A stretch of 46,596 nt of DNA from assembly GCA_018398765.1 (NCBI GenBank), contig JAHBMJ010000461.1:1-46596 (forward strand), written 5' to 3'. This DNA comes from Chromera velia. Taxonomy: Eukaryota. The notes beneath the pieces are model-generated. The model was not told where the DNA came from. It saw only the letters and a list, made by a program, of their open reading frames with translations, and ran no database searches. A program made the translations under genes and the position numbers. Position 1 is the stretch's first letter; each line of letters starts with the position of its first letter. Shown here one piece after another: positions 1 through 11,500 of this stretch.

Positions 1-18
1 GGGGGGGGGTACGTAGGT

Positions 19-200
19 GTGTGTGTGTGTGTGGGTGTGTGTGTGTATATCTGTGTGTGTGTATGTGTGTGTGTGTATGTGTGTGTATGTGTAAGTGTGT
101 GTGTGTGTGTGTGCATGTATGTATGTAATGTATGTAGGTATGTGTGGGTATGCGTGTGTGTACGGGTATGTGTGCGTGTACGCGTGTGTGAGTATATGTG
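19..200. repeat. (GT)n-rich microsatellite, possibly intronic
   Basis: Degenerate GT/GTAT dinucleotide run; the 91-aa Cys/Val ORF over it is an artefact. Confidence 0.9.
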
Positions 201-672
201 TGAGCACCACCACCTGTGGAGATGCCTCGGCCGGTCAACGATGATGCCCCCAGAGGTGAGTAGCCACTGGAGTAGTACAGGTCTGCCTATGTAAAAGCAA
301 AATACCACCAGCTGGTGGTGGCAGCCGGTATGGGGTGGAGGATGACCGGTATTTAGTAGGCCCCCGGGTTGGAGAGGTGCATACATATTCCAGGGGTGGT
401 GGGATTGCCGTGTGGACGCCTCCGGTTACCTTGTCCGTCTGGTGCGGAGATCGGTAGCTGTGTTGGGTGGTCGCCATGCAGACCGATCAGTCACAGTGGC
501 CAAGGTTTTCCCTAAAAAGACAATGCAAGTCTGCATGCTTGCAAGGGTTTTTAGTCTAGGACCACTCTAGGATGCGACAGATTCGAACGGCCTAGGTAGA
601 ATGCATGGGGGTGGGAGACTCCTGTACAGGAGATGCCCTGCAAGCCGCAGCCCTGCAGGCCGAGAGTCTGCC

Positions 673-705
673 ACAATACAATACAAAAATACAATACAAT
701 ACAAT
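673..705 (+). repeat. (ACAAT)n short tandem tract, possibly the 3' tail of a retroposed element
   Basis: acaatacaatacaaaaatacaatacaatacaat ends a GC-rich segment (200-672); the tail interpretation is inference. Confidence 0.4.
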
Positions 706-926
706 GAAAATTCAAAGTTGGGCGGCCCCGGAAAACGTATTTTTCGCAAACGTAATCGGTGGCGCGTACGAACTTCAAAATTTGCACAGACTTTACAAAT
801 ATTATCAGAAACATATCGCAAGTCTTAAAAGACTGTTTGCGCGATAAAAATCTTTTTCACATTTGCAATCACAATCGCTTGGTATAAGTGCCGTGACTGA
901 GGCAGTTCAGGTAGTTTCGGAACTCT

Positions 927-2516
927 GTGCTTAGAGAGTCTGTGTCTCCAACTTCAAAAGACATCTCTGCGAGTCCGACCAGCACGGTGGGGTTTTTCTT
1001 TCTCCGTGTCGGGCCTGAGTGGAGGAGGGAAGGTTTGGCTACCCGACTGATCACCCACGTGCTTCGTTGTGCTGCAGATGCACAGTACGAGATGGCAGTG
1101 TGCCAGGTGACTGAGATGGGCTCTGTGTTCTTCCAGTCCCTGGGGTTCCATAGAGACTCCGGCTGGGTGGTGGAGTACACCGGAGACCTGCGAGAGCTTT
1201 CTATGCAGACAGAATCCGAAGGGGAGACGGAAAGAGAAACAAAGGAAAGCAGGGTAGAAAAGGAAAAGCCTCCAAGGGCCGCGACCTCAAGTTCCAACAA
1301 GGAGGTTCTGGCAGAGTCGAATGCGAAAGGGGATGGAGAAGCGGAGACAAGAGGAGGAAAGAAGAGAATTTTCCTGGGAGTGTTTTGGGGGGTGTTGGGT
1401 GCACTTGGGTACACCTTTTTTGTCCTTGCCTCCAAAGCACTCGCACAGCGTGAGGTCTCCTGGACGCAGGCTGCGGCCTCCAGGGGGTTGTTCGGTGTGC
1501 TCCTGAGTTTTCCTATGCTTCCGGGGAGACGCGTGCTGATGAGTCGGGAAGAAGCAAAGAACGTGCCCTTGCGGCATGCAAATTTCTGGCTGGTGGCCTA
1601 CTGCTTTCTGGCAGCAGTGTCCCTGACTTCTTCCATCGTTGCTGTTCAGTTGATTGATGCAGCGACTGCCTCTGCCATATTCTCAGGAGGGCCTTTTTTG
1701 GCAGGTATTATGGGTAGAGTGTGGTTTGGCGACAGGTTCACGTGGAGCGATGTGGTTTGGACTGTTGTATCTGTTTTAGGCTCTGTGATGGCGGTTTTGT
1801 CGGAGTTCATCAGTGCCAAACCTCGAGATACGAGTGTGGGTGAGAGGGCTGCGGGCGTTGTGCTTGCAGTGTTCGTGGCGTTCGTGGCAGCCGCTTTGTT
1901 CGCTATGGCACGGCTGTACAGGGAGGGTGCGAGTCCGTGGCTTTGGACGTTCTGGTCCAATTTGTTTGCTTGCATTGTTGCGTTCGTGTCTGTGCCTGTG
2001 GATGTGGTTATGATGGGAGACGTGGCTCCGTGGGGGGATGAAGGGGTGGACTGGGTGAGCACAGTTTTATTGGGGGTGGTTGGGCTGTCTTCGTTGATGG
2101 CTCTGGTCTCGTATGCTTTGTGCTCTCGTTACCTTCCTGGCGGACAGGCGTCTCTCCTGGCCACTATGGATCTTCCATTGATCGCAGTCGGGCAGGTGGT
2201 CTGGCTGGGTCTCATGCTGGACTGGTATGCAGTGGCAGGCCTCGTTTTGATCTTGGTCGCAGCTCTGGCGCCTCCTTTGACAGATCTGCTGAAGAAGCAG
2301 AGGGCGAGAAAAGGTCAGCTGGGCAGGGGGGGCCGAAATCGGTGGTTGATGGTATGGTCTGTGTGGGTGTATGAAAATGGCGTGAAATATGAGGAAAAGC
2401 AAGCATGTAAGACAGCAGTCCTTGGGGGGGGGGGACACCAAGATGCAGGCAAAAGAAAGTTGAGTGGCTCGGACAGGAGACTCATTCGAGAACGGAACGG
2501 AAGGGAGGAGGGTTGA
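927..2516 (+). CDS. EamA/DMT-family multi-pass membrane transporter with an N-terminal GNAT-like acetyltransferase segment; exon structure uncertain
   Basis: LRVGPEWRREGLATRLI...FFQSLGF resembles GNAT motifs A/B. After a charged linker come about 10 hydrophobic helices with EamA-like motifs (ATASAIFSGGPFLAGIMGRVWFGDRF; ASLLATMDLPLIAVGQVVWLG). No ATG precedes the GNAT part, so upstream exons are likely (candidate acceptor ttag at 934). A likely 3' splice is donor 2314 to acceptor 2720, giving a last exon 2721-2827. Confidence 0.8.
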   Translation: MLRESVSPTSKDISASPTSTVGFFFLRVGPEWRREGLATRLITHVLRCAADAQYEMAVCQVTEMGSVFFQSLGFHRDSGWVVEYTGDLRELSMQTESEGETERETKESRVEKEKPPRAATSSSNKEVLAESNAKGDGEAETRGGKKRIFLGVFWGVLGALGYTFFVLASKALAQREVSWTQAAASRGLFGVLLSFPMLPGRRVLMSREEAKNVPLRHANFWLVAYCFLAAVSLTSSIVAVQLIDAATASAIFSGGPFLAGIMGRVWFGDRFTWSDVVWTVVSVLGSVMAVLSEFISAKPRDTSVGERAAGVVLAVFVAFVAAALFAMARLYREGASPWLWTFWSNLFACIVAFVSVPVDVVMMGDVAPWGDEGVDWVSTVLLGVVGLSSLMALVSYALCSRYLPGGQASLLATMDLPLIAVGQVVWLGLMLDWYAVAGLVLILVAALAPPLTDLLKKQRARKGQLGRGGRNRWLMVWSVWVYENGVKYEEKQACKTAVLGGGGHQDAGKRKLSGSDRRLIRERNGREEG

Positions 2517-2918
2517 GAGCTTGCGTGCGTCACAGGTGTGCACTTTGTTTCGTCGTCTTCTGCTTCCACTCACTAATCCTTTTGAAGACGTAGTTGTACT
2601 GTGCAATTGGCACAGGAAAAGGATGAAAATCTCTGCGTCCTTCGTCTTCTATCTTCTTCCCTGTGCGTACACACTCAAGCAGGAGAAGCATCCATTAAAA
2701 AAACGGTTGTTTGACTGCAGGTGCCGAGGGGAAGCTTGCGGCCTGTGACAGTGACGTCTCGCTGGAGGAGGGAGGGACCCCCAGAACCCGCAGAAACGAT
2801 GAAACAGGTCCGTCTCTCTGCGGGTAGCTCAAGGAAGGGGGCACTGCAGTGAGTCTCGGGCATGTCAGATGGATCTACTGGGTTGGATTTCTCCAACGCC
2901 GTCTGAGTGTGTGCTCCT

Positions 2919-2962
<44 letters not shown>

Positions 2963-2965
2963 TGT
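2919..2965. repeat. (CT)n(GT)n compound microsatellite
   Basis: Seen directly. Confidence 0.85.
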
Positions 2966-3626
2966 GGCCGTCGCTTCATGCGGCACGTGCGAGTGTATTT
3001 GGTAAGTGTTGTTCGTGTGTGAGAGAGGAGGGGGTCTTCTGTCACTCCCACGAATCATTCTTCTCTGCTCTTAATGGTGCTGGATTGACCTCTTTGTCTG
3101 TCTGGCATATGTCTCTCCATTCTTGCTTTTATTTTATCTTTACTCCTTGTTCCTTGTATGTACCTGCAGGAGGCCCCGGTTCTCCCGGGCTCGAGAGGAA
3201 CTTCTCTTCTTCCTCCTCCTGCTCTTCGTCCTCCTCAGTCTGCTGAGGGGGACATCCTCTTCATCCATCTACGGTTGTTCTTGCTTGAAAATTCCTTCTC
3301 CTGACCCCCTAGCTGCCTTTTTGGGATCCATTTTTGTCCTCGTGCTGAGCCAATGGGGTGCGCGGAAGTGCAGAGGGGGAAGCAAACTTTTTTTTTCGTT
3401 TTTGCACAGGGACAAGGAAAACGACTTTTCCTCTGTATGCATCAGGAAGCGCATTTTGCCTGGAAAGAAGCGTTCTCCCTCTCCTTCTCTCACGTTCGTT
3501 CCCTCGGCTCTGTTTTTGAGTCCCCCAGACCAATAGTTTGAATTGCGTGTGCGTTTCCGATATCTCGGCGAGGGATCCGTGTCTTACTGATAAGAAATGA
3601 AAGGGCAGACCGGGCATGCGAAGCAA

Positions 3627-3629
<3 letters not shown>

Positions 3630-3664
<35 letters not shown>

Positions 3665-3955
3665 GCGACTGGCTGCTGTTTTATTGTTCAGAGCTGGAGG
3701 AGGGGAAATGGGGTCATTCAGTAGACCTGTCTCCTCCGTCAATGACGGTCGCCTTGACGAAGGCATCCATGTGGGCGTGGTATCTTTTCATTGCATTGTT
3801 TGTATCCTCCTGCTGCAGCTTTCTGTCTGTCTGTCTGTCTGCCTGAAAGAAAGGAAGAGAAAACGGAAAGAAAAGACGATATTGTCTGTCTGTCTGTCTG
3901 AAAGAAAGGAAGAGAAAAAGGAGAGAAAAGACGATATTATCTGTCTGTCTGTCTC
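3630..3955. repeat. (GA)n microsatellite plus a ~55-bp imperfect tandem duplication
   Basis: (GA)n at 3630-3662; two copies of ctgtctgtctg-aaagaaaggaagagaaa...gaaaagacgatatt at about 3823-3955. Confidence 0.7.
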
Positions 3956-5120
3956 TTGTCTTCCCATTCAGACGAAGGAATGTTGACCAAGAAGGGTTCG
4001 GAGCTTGGAGTTCCTTCCTGCGATCGAAGCCTGCATGTCCTCTTCTGTTTTCCCATGATCTTCCCTCCTCAGGCAATTAAGCGACTTTGATGACATGCAT
4101 GTTTGAACGGTTTTTAGTGTTCTTTGCGTGTTTGTTTGCTTGTTTGTTTGTGTCTGCCCCTGGCAGCACGGTGGATTGCAATAAGGAAGGCACACACCCT
4201 CTGAGAGGGGTGCGTTCGTTCCCCTGCCTGCAGCTCTCTCATTGGATTTCGATGAAGGAATTTAAAGGAAGGAGTTGCGTTGCAACGCGGCCTTCTGCAT
4301 GGGGAGGGGATTGGGGGCACTCAGTGCGATTAACTGAGATCCCGTGCATGTATGTATGCGTCAATCAGTTTGGCGAACATATGCTTACTCAACAATGACT
4401 CTCTGTTCCTTACACGTCTGCTTGTTTCCTTTATTGTCTGACTGCCTCCTCTTTCATGAGTGAGTGAGTGAGTCTGGAATATTTCAGTAAGCATTTCAGT
4501 AGCTGAATGAGGGAGCTGATTGATCATGGGGAGCCTTCTCTGTTTTCCGAATGTAAGCGTTGGCAGGCCCCACAATGAAGGCAGAACAAAAGGACCGCAA
4601 GCAATTGAGGGTTCTCTCTTTCTTTGCGGTCACGTTGTTGACATTTTCATGACATTTTCGGCATGTCGATGGACTTTGAATGGAACGGAAAAGGAATCTC
4701 AAGAGAAAGGTAAGAGGAAGGACAATGGCTGCATGTAAGTCTCGATCTTGAATGTTTCTATTCCTCCCCCCATCTCGTCTTGCTCTCTCGTATGCGCCGT
4801 TCTTCCGTTCTCTCGCGTCAATGTGATGCGATCCATCCGTTTGTCTTCTGTATTCCCCTTTTTATCGCGTTCTTCTGAACGCGGTCATGTTTGTCCTTGT
4901 TTTCATAATTTCATCGCGTTCAGTCTCCAGCCATGCATCGTTTTTTTCGCCTTTTCAACTGGATCTGAATTAATGCCGCTGCTAGCGCCACTTCATGCAT
5001 GACTCGGAATGCATGAATCTTCACGTTGTAAGTTAGGTTATGAAGCGTTGTATATTATTTGTTTACACAGTACTGTTTGGACTCTCTGCCTAGCTCTCTG
5101 CTCCCAGAGCTGCTAAAACT

Positions 5121-5344
5121 CTAGGCGCCGGCTAGAGAGAAGAAAAAAAAAAAAATCTTCCTACATCGTCTATTTTTTTTTTTTCTTTTTCAGTCAAACA
5201 ACTGTTGTTCAACTGTTGCACAAGTGTTGTTTGTGTGTTGCACAACTGTTGTCAAGTGTTGTTCTGGGTCAAAAAGTAAAAAAAAAAAAAAAGAAAAATC
5301 TCCCCAAATCGTTGACTTTTTGTTTTTCTCTAGCCGGCGCCTAG
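5121..5344. mobile_element. MITE with CTAG-GCG...CGC-CTAG ends and two internal A-run/T-run inverted modules
   Basis: TIR ctaggcgccggctagaga / tctctagccggcgcctag; internal tgttg-rich core shared (inverted) with about 14940-14990. Confidence 0.7.
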
Positions 5345-6330
5345 CTGATGATGATGATGATGATGATTGAGGGTTAAATCCTAGATTTAGCGACGCCAAA
5401 TCCCAAGCCACTAGCAAGGCTTTGAGGACAACCCAGAGCACATATTCATGGGGGGGGCGGATGAGGAAGCCTGCATGCCAATCGGATCGATTCGCCTCAA
5501 CTTGCCTTATCGACAGAATGAACCTTCTTGAGACAGTCGGCTATAGCTTTGGAACCGCTTCTAGGCAGAATTGTGCACAACAGCAACACCATATCCTTCA
5601 TTTTTTTCTTATTATCAGAAGTGCCCCTCCCGGTTGCACCTGCAACGCGTTGTGCGATCTATATTCTTATGTCAATGGGTGCTTTCTGCTTCGCAATTTC
5701 GTACAGTTCTTTCAGCCTGTTCCGTTCCCTTTCTGTGTCCTTACATTCCGTCAGAACATGAACCTCATCTTTGATCATACGCGAGGGGGACAAACATTTA
5801 TCGCACAGCCGTTCCGGTTGGGTTCTATCTATATCCCCCCCTGTGAGAGCCCTGAAAAGCGTACGGAAGCCTGCGGAGGACTGCAACAGACTCTTTGGCA
5901 GAGGTTCAACACTGCACTCTATCATTTCACTTCTCGGACGCCATTTCCTTTCACTCAGAAGGTGCATGACCAAACGCTGTCTGGACGGATTTTCTGATTG
6001 GAAAGGGGAGAGATTCGCAAGGTGGGGAAAAATTCCATCTCTGTCTCCAACGTTTCTAGTTTCTTCTTTCAACCAGTCGGACAGCCAGGCACCCTCTACG
6101 ATCTTTTTTGCCGCCCTTTTCCTTCTGCCCTTGCCCTTCCTTTTAAACTTGTCCCCCACCGTGCTCGGCAATGGAGGCCACAAAAGGGAGCAATCTAATG
6201 GAACGGCCAGCCATTTTACTGTCTTAATGAAGGGTTCACATAAACCAGCCAAGCACTCATTCCACACTGCCCGGGGTAGAGCACGGTTGATCGATTTGAT
6301 GCATTGGATGAAGCCCCCACTCAGCTAAAA
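5345..6330 (-). mobile_element. 5'-truncated non-LTR retrotransposon (LINE) 3' end
   Basis: Minus ORF 5659-6267 contains RLCDKC-x8-DEVHVLTEC-x4-ER, the CCHC-type motif typical of LINE ORF2 C-termini; the element ends in a (TCA)n tail at 5345-5368. Confidence 0.7.
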
Positions 6331-6638
6331 CTGTATAAAACTATGCATTTAAGAATTATGTATACACTGGAACTATAGTGTGTCATAATGAGAATTTCTA
6401 GAACCTTTTGTGTCATAATGATTTATGATACAATAACTATGGTTTTAAGAACTTTTGACTGCTTCAATTAAATCACAATTATGTATGAAAAAAATAGTTA
6501 TAGATCGCATGTTTTGGGTGTTTTTGATTGATTGATTGATTGATATGTTCCATGACTTGATACGCGTCGGGAGGCCACAGCGTCATAACCGAACGGCGTT
6601 CAACGTTGCGACCCACGGAGACTCTAAACATGCACGCA

Positions 6639-7030
6639 TGAGTGAGTGAGTGAGCGAGTAAGTAAGTAAGTGAGTGAGCTAGTGAGTGAGTGATCGAGTG
6701 AGTCAGTGAGTATGAGTGGGTGAGTGCACTCACTAGTGCTAGCACCTAGGTTAGCACTAGTGAGTGAGGAAGTGAGTCACTGCGAGTAAGTGAGTGAGTC
6801 ACTGAGTGAGTGGGTAAGTGAGTGAGTGAGTGAGTGAGTGAGTCGAGTGCATGAGTGAGTGAGTGAGGTGACAGTGAGTGAATATCTAGATGAATATATG
6901 ACTGAGTGGGATGAGTGAGAGACTAGTAGGTGAGTGAATGAGTGGGTAAGTCAGGTGATTGCTAGAGGTGATTGAGTGAGTGAGGTGAGTGCTAGGGTGA
7001 GTGGGTGAGTGAAATGAGTGGGTGAGTTCT
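6639..7030. repeat. (GAGT)n satellite, resumes at about 14513-14560 after the nested insertion
   Basis: Seen directly. Confidence 0.85.
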
Positions 7031-7331
7031 AGCAGTGAATCTAGGCATGGTTTATATATACATATATTCTTACATACATTCTAGACTTGGAGAATATAAT
7101 GTATATGCAATGTATATAAACATCATTTTAAAAAAATAGTAGAGCAATCAACTCATTATTAAATTAGTTCTAATAAAATATTTAGTAACACATACACACT
7201 AATATAAATTATTCACTTTGTATATAAAATTCTATTGGCAGTCGACTTATCAATTCTCAAAGGCCCTCTATCTACCTCTATCTCAGCCTCTATCCCCTCT
7301 TCACACTGCAGCGATCACACCAGTCTTCTCA

Positions 7332-7529
7332 TCAAAAGAAAATATATGCTTTGGTCCCGTCCTCTGCGATTGTGGGCTTCCCATCTACCCAGGCAAGACG
7401 TACCTGGGGAATGAACCACAGAACCTTGTCAAATTTGGCAGAGTACGCGGCAATGGCGCCTTTATCAGAGCTATTAATCAGCTGGTCCCCGCCTGTAAAA
7501 TACACAACCCCGTCCTTGTAGAATGCATC
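7332..7529 (-). pseudogene. Captured gene fragment, PQQ/BamB-like beta-propeller repeat
   Basis: Hand translation DAFYKDGVVYFTGGDQLINSSDKGAIAAYSAKFDKVLWFIPQVRLAWVDGKPTIAEDGTKAYIFF* resembles the DG-VY...G-l-A...lW...P-i-dG propeller pattern; bounded by stops. Confidence 0.4.
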
Positions 7530-8092
7530 TCACCCCTCCTCGCGAGGGTCTCGGCTGCATCCTCAAGGAGGGTCTGCATATCGTCGTCCAGGAGGAGCGA
7601 CAACAGGAGGAGAGAGGAGCGACAGAGGTTCTGGAATTAGGAATTATTGACGTTGTAAAGTCGGCAAGTGGCACCTAACTATCAAAAGGAGTTTTTTTGG
7701 AGCCTAAGAACAGATCGATGAAGTTGGAAGTTCTTCGTTGTGTACGAAAAACCGAATCCATCGATGCAGTGTCCGTTTTGTTTGCTGTACATCAGAGAAA
7801 AGACTGGTCTGAGCAATTTTTAATAGAGAATGTTGCTGAGGTTTGTGAAGGGGCCTCCTACGTAGAAGCTCCAGAAGACGCAATGTCTGACTTAGCAGGA
7901 TACATTCTGTTAGCAAAGCAGAAAGTAGAGCTCATTGAAGCCAGAACGGGCTTGCAAATTCTTTGAAATCACAACTGTTCTACTTGAAGTTTTTTTGGGA
8001 GCTTTTTGTATGAAATGTTGTAGTCTCCTCCTTGTTTATCACTTAGCTTATCATGCACCAGCTTTGTCACTAGTATATAGTAACAGACCAAC

Positions 8093-8411
8093 TGTGAGGG
8101 GCGTGCCTGGGGCTAAGATGTCGGGCTGTATATGTGGCGGCGCGAGAGGTGCTGCTGGGGCATGAGCACGCATAGTATAGGTACTGGGACCGGCTCGGAG
8201 ACGGCTTACCGCTGGGCCACGAGCACGCGCGATCAAATCGATTTTAGTGAAGGCTGCTATGGGACGAGGCCAAATAAATGTAGTTAATGGTTCGAGCAGC
8301 CTGGTGCATGAAGTGATCAACAGACTGTTTGACTGGCTAGATTGAACACTGACGTTTCTAGGTCAAACGTACCTTCAGACCACCATATAGCATTGTATTG
8401 TTCATCTTACA
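8093..8411 (+). repeat. 5' LTR of element 1
   Basis: Direct repeat of 13978-14296, 16 substitutions counted by eye. Confidence 0.95.
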
Positions 8412-8518
8412 GTTAGCAGTAGAGCCTCTTTCCAGCCTCAGATAAGGGTGGAGAGAAAAGTTTCCAAGTGTTGCTTCAGACTGAGAATTGCTCTTCCTTC
8501 CTTCGGCTCGATACGCTG

Positions 8519-11500
8519 ATGGAAGGTGCGCAGAATGTTGGGGCTCCGGGCATTCCAGAAGTGTTTAGGGCCCTTGAAACATTGTCCAATTCGATGCGCA
8601 TCGTTCAGGAAATGCAGGCCTTGTAGGGTTAACAATTGACTTTGCAGGGACAGGCTTTGGAGGCACAAGGACAGGCTATTCAAGCTGTCCAATCAAGCCT
8701 TTCTCTATCGTCCCAGGTTTCCTCTCCGATCCTTCAGAGCTCGCCTGCTAGTGCGAGCACTGACATTGGTCCCGGTCACTGTGCGAGCAAGGTTGTGGAG
8801 CTTCCCGCCAAGCTGGTGTTCTCTGGCAAGAGGAAGGAGCTTCAGAGATGGCTAAAGGACGTAGAAGACTTTTTTGAGCTGAACGAGGTGAGGGAATCGA
8901 AGAAAATAAAGATGGCGAAAGGCCGGCTACCGGCCTATTTGAAGGAATGGTATGAGAAGTATGAGGAGGAGTATGGAGTGTTCTCGAACTGGGAGTCGCT
9001 GAAGACTGAACTCACGGAGAGACTGAAGGTGACCATGGAGAGGAGTATCGCTCGGGCAAAGCTTCAGGCACTTCGCTGCACTGAAGCCTTAGGGGTGGAG
9101 AAGTACAACGAGGCCTTCTCTCAGTTGGTGGGCCAGCTTCCCCACCTGTGGGAGGAAGACGTTGTCGAGGACTACATCAAGGGACTGCCGAACTCCATCG
9201 CCCTCGATGTTGCGAAGGCGAAGACACACACACTGTTAGAGACACAGAAAGAGGCAGCCGAGATTGAAGCCTTCCTTTCCTCCCGAGCAAAAGGTGGCGG
9301 ACACCGAGATTTCCGTCCGCGCGTTCCTGAGAGTGGAGGGGTGAGCGGTCAACGTAACCAGCCGCTTGTCCCTGAGGAAGGGCTCATCCCCATAGATTTG
9401 TGTGGGGTCCGTTCGCTCCCACCACCACTCACGCCGGACAAGAGAACCCATTACATCCGGGAAGGACGGTGCTTCCGTTGCCGCCTGTCTGGTCATAGTG
9501 CCAACAGATGCCCAGGGCCACAGGGCTGGGCAAATTATGGCAACTCCCATGTAGACTCGTGGAGATGGGGGTAAGGAGGAGAAAGGCAGTGGGCACGCGG
9601 TAGTAATCCCCAGCAGGGTTCCTCCTTCCAAGCGCAGTGGAGGGGGGGACACAGAGACTCGGGCCCTCGGGGCAGAGGGCGTGGTGGTCGTGGAAAGCGT
9701 GGAGGTGGCCGTGACGGTGGACGATCTGGAGTCCGGACGATCTACGGGGGCTATGAAGAGGGAGAAGTGCCCCCGACACGTGGTTAGTGTGGTCAGTGCA
9801 CAGAAATATATGGGGATCCCTAAGAGTTTGACATTCCCATCGAACACATAAACACGTGTAACACAGAGTCGAATTCCGCTCTCAATTTGTTCTCTGATTT
9901 GGACTTTTGTCCAGGGTTGTTTGTATACTCTGGCCGAGTAGCGGGTGTGCCTGTCAGAGTTTTGGTTGACTCCGGAGCGGATGATATTTATCTAGATCGC
10001 AGATTTGCCCATGCCCACCGCATCCATGTGTGCAGATTGAGACGACCAACTCCGGTACATGGGGCGCTGAAAGCTTCGAAGAAGGCGATCAAAACGCGAA
10101 CGGTTTGGGAGTGTGCGCCTTCTGTGCCGGTCAGCATCCAAGGGTACCAAGAGACAGTAGGTGCCATGCTGGCCGACCTGGAGGAACATGATTTAATTTT
10201 GGGAACAAAGTGGGGGCGTGAGTATGAGCCAGAGTTACAGTGGTCGTCTCAAAGTCTGCGTTTTTGGTTCAAGAGGAAATTGATTTACTGGGTGCCTGAT
10301 GCAGAGCTTGAAGAGGAGGAGGAATTTTCAGATTGTCCCCCTCTTCTCTCTTCTGTGCAGGCACGCCGAGCAATCCGGAAGGGGGCGGTCTGCCACATTC
10401 TGCGGTTGCAGTGAGTTCGGTGCATGTTGGGTTTAAGGGCTTCATGAAATATATGAGGGGGAAAAGAATGTGAAGATGAAGGAAAAAGGAAAGGGGGGTA
10501 GTAAGACAGTGAATGACTTTCTTTCTTTGCTTCCGGCTGACCATTCTGTTTTCTCTTCGCCTGATTTGAGTGAGGTGCGTGAGTTTCTTCAAAAACCATC
10601 CGTGCCTGTCGACGTGAAAAGAATTGTGGTGGAGAATGCAACTCTCTTTCCTGACTCTCTTTTAGGATTACCTCCGTCTCGGGGCGAGGGGCTGGATTTC
10701 AAGATCGATTTGGAACCCGGCCACCCACCCCCAGCTCGCCCACCTTACCGTCGTTTTCTTAGTGTCACTGAGTTGGATGAGCTGAGAAAGCAGGTGGATA
10801 CATATTTGAAACAGGGATTCATTCGCCCATCATGCTCTCCATATGCAGCTCCAGTGTTGTTTGTATAGAAGAAAGACGGAAGCATGAGGATGTGTTGTGA
10901 TTACACAGGACTGAACAAAATTACAATCAAAGACAAACACCCACTCCCTCACCCACAAGACCTCATTGATCGGCTACATGGGGTAAAATTCTTTACTGCA
11001 CTTGATCTCAGACAGCACTATCATCAAATGAGAGTAAGGGAGGGAGACATTCAGAAAACAGCATTCACGACACGGTATGGAAATTTCGAGTGGTTGGTTA
11101 TCTCTTTTAGGTTGACAAACGCTCCACCGGCAGCAATGAGACTCATTCAGTATATATTGCATGAGTGTTTGGATCGATACGTATCGGTTTTCATTGACGA
11201 TATTTTGATTTATTCGCGGACAAGAGAAGAGCATGTGAGGCATGTGTCTCGGGTTTTGTTTTTGTTGAGACAAGCAAAATTGTTCGCGAAGCTTTCGAAA
11301 TATCATTTTTTTCAAAGAGAGGTTGTTTTTCTTGGATTGAAGATTTCAGAAAAGGAAGTGAGGCCAGAGAGAAGTAAAATAGAGGAAATTGAGAACTGGC
11401 CTATACTAAAGAGCACGAGTGAATTATATTTTTTTCTTGGCTTGGTGTCGTGGGTGAGAAGATTTATTTTTGAGTTCAGTAAGAAGGCTGCTCCGATGTA

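Noticed and set aside
19..294. Cys/Val-rich ORF, and similar RERE/SLSL ORFs at 2675-3986 and 16609-17211
   Set aside because: Translations of microsatellites.
7697..7966. 89-aa ORF as a hAT transposase remnant
   Set aside because: No BED finger, DDE or dimerisation motifs recognisable.
8412..8430. Tf1-type self-priming for the chromoviruses
   Set aside because: I found no convincing complement of the PBS within either LTR; both look more like degenerate initiator-Met PBSs.
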